Below are positions 7,959 to 16,626 of a stretch of 64,000 bases of DNA, piece after piece (positions within the stretch are counted from its first letter, which is position 1; each line of letters opens with the position of its first letter). The position numbers and the translations under genes are program-made. Under the pieces are notes generated by a model. It did no database searches. It was not told the origin of the DNA and was given only the letters and a program-made list of their open reading frames with translations. This DNA comes from Candidatus Aldehydirespirator sp. (GTDB lineage Bacteria > Actinomycetota > Acidimicrobiia > Acidimicrobiales > Aldehydirespiratoraceae): assembly GCA_965203575.1 (NCBI GenBank), contig OZ241894.1:2956322-3020321 (forward strand), written 5' to 3'.

Positions 7959-8562
7959 TGCCGAGAGCCTTCTGCTCTTTCTTCCATGCCCGCACCCGTT
8001 GTAGCGCCTCCGGGCTGTCGATGTCGGCCACCGACCGGGGCTCGCTGTCGGCGAAGGCTCCGGCCTGCGCCTCCCAGCCGTCGGGACGGACGCCGAAGCG
8101 CTTGGCGAGCACGGCGGTCAGGATCCGGGCCTTCTCGTCCCCGTAGCCGGGGAGGTCCCGCAGTCGCCCGAAGAGATCCTCGCCGTTCGCCGCAGCGTTC
8201 CAGACCGCCCCGGCGTCGCCGTCGTAGTGATCAGCAACATGGCGGCACAGGGCCTGCATCCGTTTGGCCATCGAGGTCGGGAACCGGTGCAGCGCCGGCT
8301 TGGCCCTCACCAGGTCGGCGAAGGCATCGGGGTCCCGCTCCGAGATGTCGTGAGCGTCCAACCCGGCTCCGAGCCGCTCCGACAGGCGGAAGGGTCCCAT
8401 TAATGCCCACTCCATCGGGATCTGCTGGTCGAGCTGCATTCCCAGCAGCAGCGCCAGCGGGTCCGTGTTGAGCAGGCGGTCGGCGGCCTCGTCCCCGGTG
8501 ACCGCCAGGGTGCCCGTCCCGGCGTTCTGCGCTTGATTCTCCGTACCCACTGCCTGATTCAC
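7942..8562 (-). CDS. HhH-GPD-type base-excision DNA repair family protein
   Basis: 206-aa ORF with GTG start overlapping the aceE stop (GTGA). The DLPGYGDEKARIL hairpin-helix-type segment and overall similarity, from memory, point to actinobacterial HhH-GPD-type proteins. Confidence 0.6.
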   Translation of the reverse strand: MNQAVGTENQAQNAGTGTLAVTGDEAADRLLNTDPLALLLGMQLDQQIPMEWALMGPFRLSERLGAGLDAHDISERDPDAFADLVRAKPALHRFPTSMAKRMQALCRHVADHYDGDAGAVWNAAANGEDLFGRLRDLPGYGDEKARILTAVLAKRFGVRPDGWEAQAGAFADSEPRSVADIDSPEALQRVRAWKKEQKALGKSKDE

Positions 8563-11321
8563 TTCGCGGAGGATAACCGTGCGCCGGTGTCCGGGTGGCC
8601 GGGGTCGTCGCGGTCGACGTCGATGCCGTACCGGTCAATGGCGGCCGCCACCTCGTCCGGTGACACCTCGCCCGACTCCATCAGAGCCGACAGCACGGCC
8701 AGCACGATGTGCGGCCCGTCGACCTCGAAGAATCGCCGCAGCGCCTCCCTCGTGTCGGAGCGGCCGAACCCGTCGGTGCCCAACACGTGCAGCGGCCTCG
8801 GCGTGAAGCGGGCGATCTGGTCGGGAACCAGGGTCATGAAGTCGGTCACGGCCACGATCGGCCCGTCCGAGTCGGACAGCCTCCGGGTCACCATCGGCAC
8901 GACGGGCTCGGAGTCCGGGTTCAGCCGGTTGCGGCGCTCCACGTCCAGCGCCTCCCGCCTCAGACTCTGGTACGACGTGGCGCTCCAGAGCTCGGCCGAG
9001 GTGTCGTGATGCTCGGCCAGCAGCGCCTGAGCCTCGAGCGCGGCGCCCACCGACGCTCCCGAGAACAGGATGGTGGCCGAGCGTTTGCGGCCCCCGGGAC
9101 CGTCGTCGAACTTGTACAGGCCGCCGGTGATGTCGGAGTCGGTCACGTGGTCGGGACGGGACGGCTGCCCGTAGTTCTCGTTGTAGATGGTGATGTAGTA
9201 GAAGACGTCGGTGCCGTCGGCGGCGTCCGGCGGGTACATCCGGTGGAGGCCCTCGTCGACGATGGCGCCCAACTCGTAGGCGAAGGCCGGGTCGTAGGCC
9301 TCGCACGCCGGCACCGTCGAGGCCAGCACATGGCTGTGGCCGTCCTGGTGCTGGAGCCCCTCGCCCAGCAGCGTCGTGCGGCCCGCGGTCGCGCCGATGA
9401 GGAACCCCCGGGCCCGGGCGTCGGCCGCGGCCCAGATCGAGTCGCCCACCCGCTGGAAGCCGAACATGGAGTAGAAGGCGTAGAAGGGCACCATGGGCAC
9501 GCCGAGGTTGGCGTAGGACGTGGCCGCGGCCAGCCAGCTGGCCAGCGAGCCGCACTCGGTGATGCCCTCCTCGAGGATCTGGCCGTCGGTCGACTCGCTG
9601 TAGCTCAGCAGCAGGTCATGGTCCACCGGCTCGTAGAGCTGGCCATGGGGCGCGTAGATCCGGAACTCCCGGAACAGCGAGTCCATGCCGAAGGTGCGGG
9701 CCTCGTCGGGCACGATGGGCACGACCCGCCGTCCGAAGCTCTGGTCCCGCATCAGGTCGCGCAACAGGGCCGTGAACGCCATCGTGGTGGAGACCTCGCG
9801 CCCGCCGGAGCCCTTGCGCATGTCGATGAAGGGCCCGTCGGCGGGGAGGGCGATGGGGCGGCGGTCCCGCACCACCCGCCGCGGCACCGCGCCGTCGAGG
9901 GCGCGGCGGCGGTCCATCATGTAGCGGATCTCCTCCGAGTCTGGGGGCGGCCGGTAGTAGGGCGGGATCCCGTCGGCGAGGTCTGCTTCGTCGATCTCGT
10001 CCTCCATGTGCAGCCGCGAGCGCAGTTCCATCAGCTGCGTGGTGGTCATCTTCTTGATCTGGTGGGTGGCGTTGCGGCCCTCGAAGCCCTCACCCAGGGT
10101 CCATCCCTTGATGGTCTTGGCCAGGATCACGGTGGGCTGGCCCTTGACTTCGGTGGCGGCCTTGAACGCGGCGTACACCTTCTGGTAGTCGTGGCCTCCC
10201 CGGGGCAGGACCCGCAGATCCTCATCGCTGAGGTGGTCGACGAGCTTGCGCAGGCGGGGGTCGGGGCCGAAGAAGTGCTCCCGGATGTAGGCGCCGGTCT
10301 CCACCGCGTAGCGCTGGTACTCGCCGTCGACGGTGGTGGCCATCTTGTTGAGCAGGGCCCCGTCGGTGTCGCGCATCAGCAGCTCGTCCCACCTGGTGCC
10401 CCAGATCACCTTGATGACGTTCCAGCCCGCGCCGCGGAACACGCCCTCGAGTTCCTGGATGATCTTGCCGTTGCCCCGCACCGGGCCGTCGAGGCGCTGG
10501 AGGTTGCAGTTGACCACCCACTTCAGGTTGTCGAGGTCGTTGCGGCCGGCCAGGGCGATGGCCCCCAGGGTCTCGGGCTCGTCGCACTCGCCGTCGCCCA
10601 GGAAGCACCACACCGTGCTGTCGGAGGTGTCGTCGATGCGGCGGTTGTGCATGTACCGGTTGAAGCGGGCGTGGTAGATGGAGTTGATCGGCCCGAGACC
10701 CATCGACACCGTCGGGTACTCCCAGAAGTCGGGCATCAGCCGCGGGTGGGGGTAGCCCGACAGCCCGTTGCCGCCCACCTCCATCCGGAAGTTGTCGAGC
10801 TCCTGCTCGCTCAGGCGGCCCTCCAGGTAGGCCCGGGCGTACACGCCGGGAGCGGCGTGGCCCTGGAAGTAGATGTGGTCGCCGACCAGCCCGTCGTCCT
10901 TGCCCTTGAAGAAGTGGTTGAAGCCCACCTCGTACAGGGAGGCCGACGAGGCGAACGTGGACAGGTGGCCGCCGATCCCGTCGGCCGTCTTGTTGGCCCG
11001 GATGACCATCGCCGCCGCGTTCCAGCGGATGAAGCGGCGGATGCGCCGCTCGACCTGTTCGTTGCCCGGGAAGAAGGGCTGCTCGGAGGCGGGGATCGTG
11101 TTGATGTAGGGCGTGGACGTGGTCGGCGGCACGCCCACCCGCTGCTCGTTGGAGCGCTCGAGGAGCTTGGCGACTATGTAGCGGGCCCGTTCCCGTCCGC
11201 CGGCCGCGATGATGGCGTCGAGCGAGTCGATCCATTCCTGGGTCTCGGCCGGGTCGATGTCCGGAAGTTGGCGCAAAAAGTTGTCGGCCACCGCCCTCCA
11301 TGATGGCAGCAAAGCACGCAT
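8559..11321 (-). CDS. aceE: Pyruvate dehydrogenase E1 component (homodimeric AceE type)
   Basis: ORF 8559..11543(-) trimmed to ATG 11321..11319 (MRALLPSWRAVADNFLRQLPDIDPAETQEWIDSL...). About 920 aa with ThDP-binding region GDGECDEPE and a transketolase-like body. The start is uncertain by a few codons. Confidence 0.9.
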   Translation of the reverse strand: MRALLPSWRAVADNFLRQLPDIDPAETQEWIDSLDAIIAAGGRERARYIVAKLLERSNEQRVGVPPTTSTPYINTIPASEQPFFPGNEQVERRIRRFIRWNAAAMVIRANKTADGIGGHLSTFASSASLYEVGFNHFFKGKDDGLVGDHIYFQGHAAPGVYARAYLEGRLSEQELDNFRMEVGGNGLSGYPHPRLMPDFWEYPTVSMGLGPINSIYHARFNRYMHNRRIDDTSDSTVWCFLGDGECDEPETLGAIALAGRNDLDNLKWVVNCNLQRLDGPVRGNGKIIQELEGVFRGAGWNVIKVIWGTRWDELLMRDTDGALLNKMATTVDGEYQRYAVETGAYIREHFFGPDPRLRKLVDHLSDEDLRVLPRGGHDYQKVYAAFKAATEVKGQPTVILAKTIKGWTLGEGFEGRNATHQIKKMTTTQLMELRSRLHMEDEIDEADLADGIPPYYRPPPDSEEIRYMMDRRRALDGAVPRRVVRDRRPIALPADGPFIDMRKGSGGREVSTTMAFTALLRDLMRDQSFGRRVVPIVPDEARTFGMDSLFREFRIYAPHGQLYEPVDHDLLLSYSESTDGQILEEGITECGSLASWLAAATSYANLGVPMVPFYAFYSMFGFQRVGDSIWAAADARARGFLIGATAGRTTLLGEGLQHQDGHSHVLASTVPACEAYDPAFAYELGAIVDEGLHRMYPPDAADGTDVFYYITIYNENYGQPSRPDHVTDSDITGGLYKFDDGPGGRKRSATILFSGASVGAALEAQALLAEHHDTSAELWSATSYQSLRREALDVERRNRLNPDSEPVVPMVTRRLSDSDGPIVAVTDFMTLVPDQIARFTPRPLHVLGTDGFGRSDTREALRRFFEVDGPHIVLAVLSALMESGEVSPDEVAAAIDRYGIDVDRDDPGHPDTGARLSSAK

Positions 11322-11340
11322 TCGCGACCTCGGCGCGCCG

Positions 11341-11868
11341 ATGCGCGACCATCGGGGCGTGGTAGCCGAACCCCTTCCCGGACTCGCTGACGAACCCGCA
11401 GCCGGAACGGCCGCCGAGTCCGCAGCCGAGCCCACGGTCGTGTACACCGACGGCGCCTGCCTGGGCAATCCCGGACCGGGAGGCTGGGCCTGGGCGGTGC
11501 CAGGCGGCGACTGGGCTTGCGGCCCAGATCCCCGCACCACCAACCAGCGAATGGAGTTGCAGGCCGCGCTTGAGGCGCTTCGGGAGTTGGACGGTCCGGT
11601 CGAGGTGGTGTCGGACTCGACCTACGTCGTCAACTGCTTCCGCGACCGTTGGTACGAGGGCTGGCTGAGGCGGGGCTGGCGAAACGCCAACCGCAAGCCG
11701 GTGGCCAACCGCGACCTGTGGGAGCCGCTGATCGAGCTCTACCTGTCCCGGCCCGACGAGATCTCGTTCCGATGGGTCAAGGGCCACTCCGGCAACGAGT
11801 GGAACGAGATCGTGGACCAACTCGCCGTAGGCGCAGCCACCGACCAGCGCCCCCGCCGCGGCCCCTAG
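11341..11868 (+). CDS. rnhA: Ribonuclease HI
   Basis: ORF 11209..11868(+) trimmed to ATG 11341. Motifs YTDGACLGNPGPGGWA, NQRMEL, SDSTYV and KGHSGNEWNE. Confidence 0.88.
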   Translation: MRDHRGVVAEPLPGLADEPAAGTAAESAAEPTVVYTDGACLGNPGPGGWAWAVPGGDWACGPDPRTTNQRMELQAALEALRELDGPVEVVSDSTYVVNCFRDRWYEGWLRRGWRNANRKPVANRDLWEPLIELYLSRPDEISFRWVKGHSGNEWNEIVDQLAVGAATDQRPRRGP

Positions 11869-11884
11869 TTCGAGATCCTCCGAG

Positions 11885-11927
11885 CGCAGGAACCGGACTG
11901 CCACTGCGTTCCCGGCGTTCCTGCGCC
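11885..11927. terminator. Bidirectional terminator-like hairpin between convergent rnhA and the AAA ATPase gene
   Basis: Perfect 10-bp arms GCGCAGGAAC (11885..11894) and GTTCCTGCGC (11918..11927) with a 23-nt loop. No U-tract. Confidence 0.45.
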
Positions 11928-11930
11928 TCC

Positions 11931-13202
11931 TCAGGCTTCGGTGCTGCTCCAGAGACGGTCCACCGGCAGCGCGATGATGCGATCGTCGTCGGCGTAGCGC
12001 ACGCAGTGCGGCCCGGTGTGGAAGACGACCCCAGCGCTGAATCGCTCCCCGAGCGCGTCGCGGAGCTTCCGCAGGCCGCGGCGGTCGGCGGGGTGCACCC
12101 TGGTGCTGGCCTTCACCTCGATGCCGACCACCGCGCCGTCGCGCCCGTCCTCGATTACAAGGTCGACCTCCGCGCCGTCGTGGGTGCGCCAGTGGCCGAC
12201 ATGGGGCCGGTGCTGCATCCACGAGGCCTGCTTGAGCGCCTCGCCCACCACGAACGTCTCGAGCAGATGCCCGAACTGCTGCAGCGAGGTCGGGTCGAGC
12301 CGGGCCAGCTTGTTGGGCGGCAGGCGCAGCAGCCGCGCCGCAAGGCCGGAGTCTGCGATGTGGACCTTGGGGCGGGACGCGGTCGCGGCCCGCACGGTCT
12401 TGCCCCATGCCGGCAGCAGACGCACCAGGAAGCTCAGCTCGAAGAGCCTGATGTAGTCGGAGGCCGTGCTGGCCGGCAGTTCCAGCTCCGCGCCGACCCG
12501 CGACATGTTGAGGATCTGCGCCGTGTGGGCCGCAAGGCGGGCCAGCAGAGGGGCGAGCACTCCGGGTCGACGGACCCGGCCGAGCTCCAGGAGATCCCGT
12601 TCGAGGCAGAGCGCGAGGTAGTCGTCGAACCACCGATCGCGGGCTGCGCCGGTGCGCTGGAGCGCCAACGGGAAGCCTCCCCAGGCGATGCGTCTGGCGT
12701 AGTCGGAGCGGGTGGCGGTCGATGGCTGCGAGGTGACCGCGCTGGCAGGATCGTCGAAGAGCGTCTCGATCAGGCTCTCGTGGCGCGATTCGATCTCGCC
12801 CTGTGACAGCGGGTGGACCTCGATGCGGTGTAGCCGGCCAGTGAGCGATTGCGATACCAGGGGCAGCGAGTCGAAGCGCGTCGACCCGATGATCACGAAC
12901 CGTCGCGGCGACGAGTCGCGGTTCAGTTCAGCCTTGATGGCGTCCAGCAACTCGGGGACGTGCTGGTACTCGTCGATGAACACCGGCGGACGGCCGGACA
13001 CGAACAGCCCGGGATCGTCGGCGACGTTCGCCCGCACTGCCGGATCGTCGAGATCGATCACGCCGGCCCCACCGCCTCCCGCCAGGGCACGAAGCAGCGT
13101 GGACTTGCCGACCGAGCGAGGGCCGTGCAGCAGCAAGACCGGCGCCTCGCCCATCCGCTGCCGCGCGATCTCTTCCACTCGTCGCTGGATCAGTTCCGCC
13201 AC
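11931..13202 (-). CDS. AAA+ ATPase of the COG1373 type (AAA_14 N-terminal domain plus DUF4143-like C-terminal domain)
   Basis: 423-aa ORF with GTG start 13202..13200. Walker A GPRSVGKST and Walker B-like VFIDEYQ. C-terminal segment GAEVDLVIE...GIEVKAS is typical of the PD-(D/E)xK-like DUF4143 region. Confidence 0.75.
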   Translation of the reverse strand: MAELIQRRVEEIARQRMGEAPVLLLHGPRSVGKSTLLRALAGGGGAGVIDLDDPAVRANVADDPGLFVSGRPPVFIDEYQHVPELLDAIKAELNRDSSPRRFVIIGSTRFDSLPLVSQSLTGRLHRIEVHPLSQGEIESRHESLIETLFDDPASAVTSQPSTATRSDYARRIAWGGFPLALQRTGAARDRWFDDYLALCLERDLLELGRVRRPGVLAPLLARLAAHTAQILNMSRVGAELELPASTASDYIRLFELSFLVRLLPAWGKTVRAATASRPKVHIADSGLAARLLRLPPNKLARLDPTSLQQFGHLLETFVVGEALKQASWMQHRPHVGHWRTHDGAEVDLVIEDGRDGAVVGIEVKASTRVHPADRRGLRKLRDALGERFSAGVVFHTGPHCVRYADDDRIIALPVDRLWSSTEA

Positions 13203-13207
13203 AAGCT

Positions 13208-13293
13208 GCTCCCGTGAAACTCAAACAGTTTCTACCATGAAATTTAAGGATACTCTACCGTGAAATCTGAGACCACTCTACCGTGAAATCTGG
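13208..13293. repeat. Four direct repeats of a ~15-nt motif CT(C)TACC(G/A)TGAAAT(C/T)T at 23-bp phasing; putative operator/iteron array
   Basis: Copies at 13208..13222 (degenerate, gctcccgtgaaactc), 13231..13245 (tctaccatgaaattt), 13254..13270 and 13277..13293 (both ctctaccgtgaaatctg). The array lies between the RHH gene stop and the ATPase start. Confidence 0.8.
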
Positions 13294-13356
13294 CAAGAGA
13301 CCGCCGGGGTTCGAACCGATCCGGGATGCGCCCTCGGCGAACCGATGAGCGCTTGG

Positions 13357-13668
13357 CTACCACGACTCGGCATCGGTCAAGGCGATGGCGTTGGCCATCG
13401 CCTGGGCATGGTCGGCCTCGGTCTGGGGTTGCCGTAGGTAGTGGTCTTCGATGGCCTTGCCGACACGATGCCGTCTGAGCGCGTCGTCGTACCAGCCAAC
13501 CGCCTGACGGATGACATCCTCCCGGCAGGTGCCGATCCCCTCGGACACCAGCCGGTCGATGACGGACAACTCCTCCTCGCTGAACCGGGCCCGCACTGAT
13601 CCGCTCGTACCCACCAGTCGGCGGTGCCATGACCGGATTGCCTCAGTGGTTGATCTCATGTCTGTCAC
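13357..13668 (-). CDS. Ribbon-helix-helix (CopG/antitoxin-like) DNA-binding protein
   Basis: 103-aa ORF with RHH pattern VRARFSEEELSVIDRLVSEGIGTCREDVIRQAV. Start is GTG 13668 or ATG 13659. Confidence 0.65.
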   Translation of the reverse strand: MTDMRSTTEAIRSWHRRLVGTSGSVRARFSEEELSVIDRLVSEGIGTCREDVIRQAVGWYDDALRRHRVGKAIEDHYLRQPQTEADHAQAMANAIALTDAESW

Positions 13669-13763
13669 CTTGGATGCGTCGCTGGCCGACTACGACCTAG
13701 TTATACATGAAAGATAGTATTATTCTATGTTGTGAACGCAACCTGTGGGTGGCTGATGCAGCG

Positions 13764-14669
13764 CTAAGCCAGTACGTCCGCGAGGCCGGTGGCGATGTCG
13801 GGGTGGGTGAACCGGAAGCCGCGGCGCACGAGCAATGCGGGCTCCACCCGGGCGCTGCTGTAGAGCAGGGCCTCGGTGAGTTCGCGGCCCAGGCGGGCCC
13901 ACAGAGCCGGCTTGGGTGTGGGCAGCAGCGTGGGGCGGCGCAGGGCCCGCCCCAGAGCCGCAGTCAACTGGCGGTTGGTGACCGGCTCGGGTGCGGTGAG
14001 GTTCACCGGTCCCTCCACGTCGGCGGTCAGCAGCCAGAGCAGGGCCTCGACCTCGTCGCGCAGTGTGATCCAGCTCATCCACTGCCGGCCGCTCCCGATC
14101 CGGCCCCCGAGGCCCAGCCTGAAGAAGGGGAGCATCTCGGCCAGCGCACCCCCCGACTGGCTCAGCACCACGCCGGTGCGGGGATGGGCGACCCGGATGC
14201 CAGCGTCGCGGGCCGGGTCCGCGGCCGTCTCCCAGTCTCGGCACACCTGGGCCAGGAAGTCGCGCCCGCCGCTTGACGACTCGTCGAGGCGCTCGTCGCC
14301 CCGGTCGCCGTAGTAGCCGATGGCCGATGCGGACACCAGGACTGCGGGCGGCTGGTCGAGCCGGGCCAGCGCACCGGCCAGTAGCGCCGTGCCTTGCGTC
14401 CGGCTGTTCGCGATCCGCTGCTTCTGCTCGTCCGACCAGCGGCGCGCCGCGATGGGCTCGCCGGCAAGATGCACTACTGCGTCGATGCCCTCCAAGCCCG
14501 CCAGGTCGATCTCGCCCTGCGATGGATCCCACGTGATTGCGCTGGTGCCCGGTGGGTTGCTGGAGCGGGATGGCCTCACCAGCCGCACCGTCTGATGGCC
14601 GTCGGCCTCCAGACGCTCGACGAGGGCACGGCCGATAAGTCCGGTGGAGCCTGTGACCGCTACGCGCAT
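13764..14669 (-). CDS. Epimerase-family SDR protein (YfcH/TIGR01777-like, NAD-binding Rossmann fold plus DUF1731-type C-terminus)
   Basis: 301-aa ORF with N-terminal VTGSTGLIGRAL. Length and C-terminal conservation are typical of the family. Confidence 0.75.
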   Translation of the reverse strand: MRVAVTGSTGLIGRALVERLEADGHQTVRLVRPSRSSNPPGTSAITWDPSQGEIDLAGLEGIDAVVHLAGEPIAARRWSDEQKQRIANSRTQGTALLAGALARLDQPPAVLVSASAIGYYGDRGDERLDESSSGGRDFLAQVCRDWETAADPARDAGIRVAHPRTGVVLSQSGGALAEMLPFFRLGLGGRIGSGRQWMSWITLRDEVEALLWLLTADVEGPVNLTAPEPVTNRQLTAALGRALRRPTLLPTPKPALWARLGRELTEALLYSSARVEPALLVRRGFRFTHPDIATGLADVLA

Positions 14670-14719
14670 AGTTCTTCCATGATCGTTGGTCTAGCATCGC
14701 CGCGGCCCGGCCGGAGAGA

Positions 14720-15055
14720 TTGAGGGCTGACGTGGATGAAGACCTGACACCCCCGGACGCTGAACCCTTCGACCCAGGATCATTCGGTGCCTCCGACACC
14801 GGCGGCCGCGGCGCCAAGCCTGCGGTGCGGAAGTGGTCGGTCCGGCCCGGGGTGGTCCTGGCCCTGCTGGTTGCGGCGGCCCTGATCGTCTTCGTTGTCC
14901 AGAACGACCGCGAGGTGCCGGTCACCTGGTGGTTCGTCGAGGTGAACGGCCCTCTATGGGCGGTGATCATCGTGGCCGCGGTAGCCGGAGCGGTGCTGGC
15001 CGAGGTTCTCGGCTGGGTGGTCGGCCGTCGCCGTCGCCGCCGCCGCAAATCGTGA
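14720..15055 (+). CDS. Small membrane protein, LapA/DUF1049-like
   Basis: 111-aa ORF with two TM helices (VVLALLVAAALIVFVV, LWAVIIVAAVAGAVLAEVLGWVV) and a poly-Arg tail. Confidence 0.5.
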   Translation: MRADVDEDLTPPDAEPFDPGSFGASDTGGRGAKPAVRKWSVRPGVVLALLVAAALIVFVVQNDREVPVTWWFVEVNGPLWAVIIVAAVAGAVLAEVLGWVVGRRRRRRRKS

Positions 15056-15153
15056 GCACGCGCGGGCTGATATTCGCCGCGCTGTTGTGCGGTCTCGCCA
15101 TTCTGGCGGCCTCGGCCTTCCAGGTGCTGTCGGGCAGATTCGGCTGGTTCTGA
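15052..15153 (+). CDS. Candidate 33-aa hydrophobic micro-protein, translationally coupled (GTGA) to the preceding gene
   Basis: GTG 15052 overlaps TGA 15053..15055. Translation VSTRGLIFAALLCGLAILAASAFQVLSGRFGWF is a single TM helix. No homology evidence is available. Confidence 0.3.
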   Translation: MSTRGLIFAALLCGLAILAASAFQVLSGRFGWF

Positions 15154-15198
15154 AGACGGTAGGAACCGGTAGGGTCGCGCCATCACCCGGGAGGCCTT

Positions 15199-16608
15199 GT
15201 GAGCGACGCAGCACACGACGTGATCGTCATCGGCGGCGGGCCGGGCGGCTATGCCGCGGCCCTGTACGGCGCCAGCGCGGGCCTCGACGTCGCGGTGGTC
15301 GAGAAGAGCAAGGTGGGGGGCACCTGCCTGCACGTCGGCTGCATACCGGCCAAGGAGCTCCTCGAGGCGGCCTCGGTGTACCGCACGGTGGCGAGGGCGG
15401 CCGAGTTCGGGGTGGGCGCCGGCGAGCCCAGCCTCGACTGGTCAACTGTGCTGGACCGCAAGCAGCAGGTCATCGACAAGATGATGGCCGGGCTGTCGTC
15501 GGTGCTGGGACAGCGCAAGGTGACGATCTATGGGGGCGTCGGCGCCCTCGGCCCGTCCGGCACGGTTCTGGCGACCGGGGCTGACGGCTCCGAGCACACG
15601 CTGTCCGGAGGTTCGATCATCCTGGCCTCGGGGTCGACTCCCCGGACCATCGGGGGCTTCGACGTTGACGGCGCGCTGGTGGTGACTTCCGACGAGCTGT
15701 TCTCGATCGGCAGGCTGCCGGCGGAGGCCGCGGTCATCGGTGGCGGCGCCATCGGCTGCGAATTCGCGTCGATGATGGGCGACTTGGGAACCAAGGTCAC
15801 CGTTCTGGAGGCCCTTCCCGACATCCTGACCGGCTGCGATGTCGAGGTGTCCAAGGTAGTGAGGCGGTCGTTCCGCAAGCGGGGAATCGAGGTGCACACC
15901 GGCGTGACGGTGCACGGCCACGAACCCCGCCCGGACCGCTCCGGCACGGTGGTCTCCTTCGGCGAGGGCAAGCAGGTCGACGTTGAGATGGTCGTGGTGG
16001 CGGTGGGCCGACGGCCCCGCACGGAGAACCTGGGACTCGACGCAGCCGGAGTGGAGCTGGACGACCGCGGCTTCGTGGCGGTCGACGGCCGCTGCCGCAC
16101 GACCGCCGAGGGCGTGTGGGCCGTGGGCGACGTGGTCGACAGCCCGCAGCTGGCCCACACCGCCTTCGCCGAGGGCATGCTCGCCATCTGCGACATCCTG
16201 GGCGAAGACCCCGACCCGCTCGACTACCACGGCACGCCCTGGTGCATCTACTGCCACCCCGAGGTGGCCTTCGCCGGGCACACCGAGCAGAGCGCGATCG
16301 ACGCCGGATTCGACGTGGTGACCTCGATGCACCGCTACATGGCCAACGGCCGGGCCCAGATCCTGGGCGAGACCGAGGGCCTGGTGAAGGTGGTCGCCCA
16401 GAAACAGGCCGACGGCACCGGCGGCCGCATCCTCGGGGTTCACATGGCGGGGCCATGGGTGACCGAGCAGCTGGGCCAGGCCTATTTCGCGGTGAACTGG
16501 GAGGCGACGGTCGACGACGTCGCCCGTCTGATACAACCCCATCCGACCATGAGCGAGCTGTTCGGCGAGACGATCCTGTCGCTGACGGGTCGCTCGCTCC
16601 ACGGCTGA
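15199..16608 (+). CDS. lpdA: Dihydrolipoyl dehydrogenase (E3)
   Basis: 469-aa ORF with GTG start. FAD motif VIGGGPGGY, redox-active disulfide GTCLHVGCIPAK and C-terminal HPTMSE. Confidence 0.92.
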   Translation: MSDAAHDVIVIGGGPGGYAAALYGASAGLDVAVVEKSKVGGTCLHVGCIPAKELLEAASVYRTVARAAEFGVGAGEPSLDWSTVLDRKQQVIDKMMAGLSSVLGQRKVTIYGGVGALGPSGTVLATGADGSEHTLSGGSIILASGSTPRTIGGFDVDGALVVTSDELFSIGRLPAEAAVIGGGAIGCEFASMMGDLGTKVTVLEALPDILTGCDVEVSKVVRRSFRKRGIEVHTGVTVHGHEPRPDRSGTVVSFGEGKQVDVEMVVVAVGRRPRTENLGLDAAGVELDDRGFVAVDGRCRTTAEGVWAVGDVVDSPQLAHTAFAEGMLAICDILGEDPDPLDYHGTPWCIYCHPEVAFAGHTEQSAIDAGFDVVTSMHRYMANGRAQILGETEGLVKVVAQKQADGTGGRILGVHMAGPWVTEQLGQAYFAVNWEATVDDVARLIQPHPTMSELFGETILSLTGRSLHG

Positions 16609-16626
16609 CTGGCGGGAGGACTGCTG

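Noticed and set aside
13208-13293. CRISPR array interpretation of the 23-bp-phased repeats, and likewise of the 18-bp repeats at 7887..7958 and 6537..6626.
   Set aside because: The units are too short and too few. The spacers are only about 8 nt or absent. There are no cas genes, and two of the arrays are coding.
13291-13356. tRNA-like fragment on the minus strand (...GGTTCGAACCCCGGCGGTCTCTTGCCA), a possible tRNA gene or att remnant.
   Set aside because: I could not fold a T-arm or acceptor stem (the stems do not pair). The upstream sequence lacks D and anticodon arms and runs straight into the RHH stop codon. A decayed att-site remnant cannot be excluded, but it is unsupported.
13357-13668. 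RHH protein as the antitoxin of a classical type II toxin-antitoxin pair.
   Set aside because: No PIN, RelE, MazF or similar small toxin ORF lies adjacent. The overlapping ORF 13244..13630(-) is an out-of-frame shadow. The only neighbour is the AAA ATPase.
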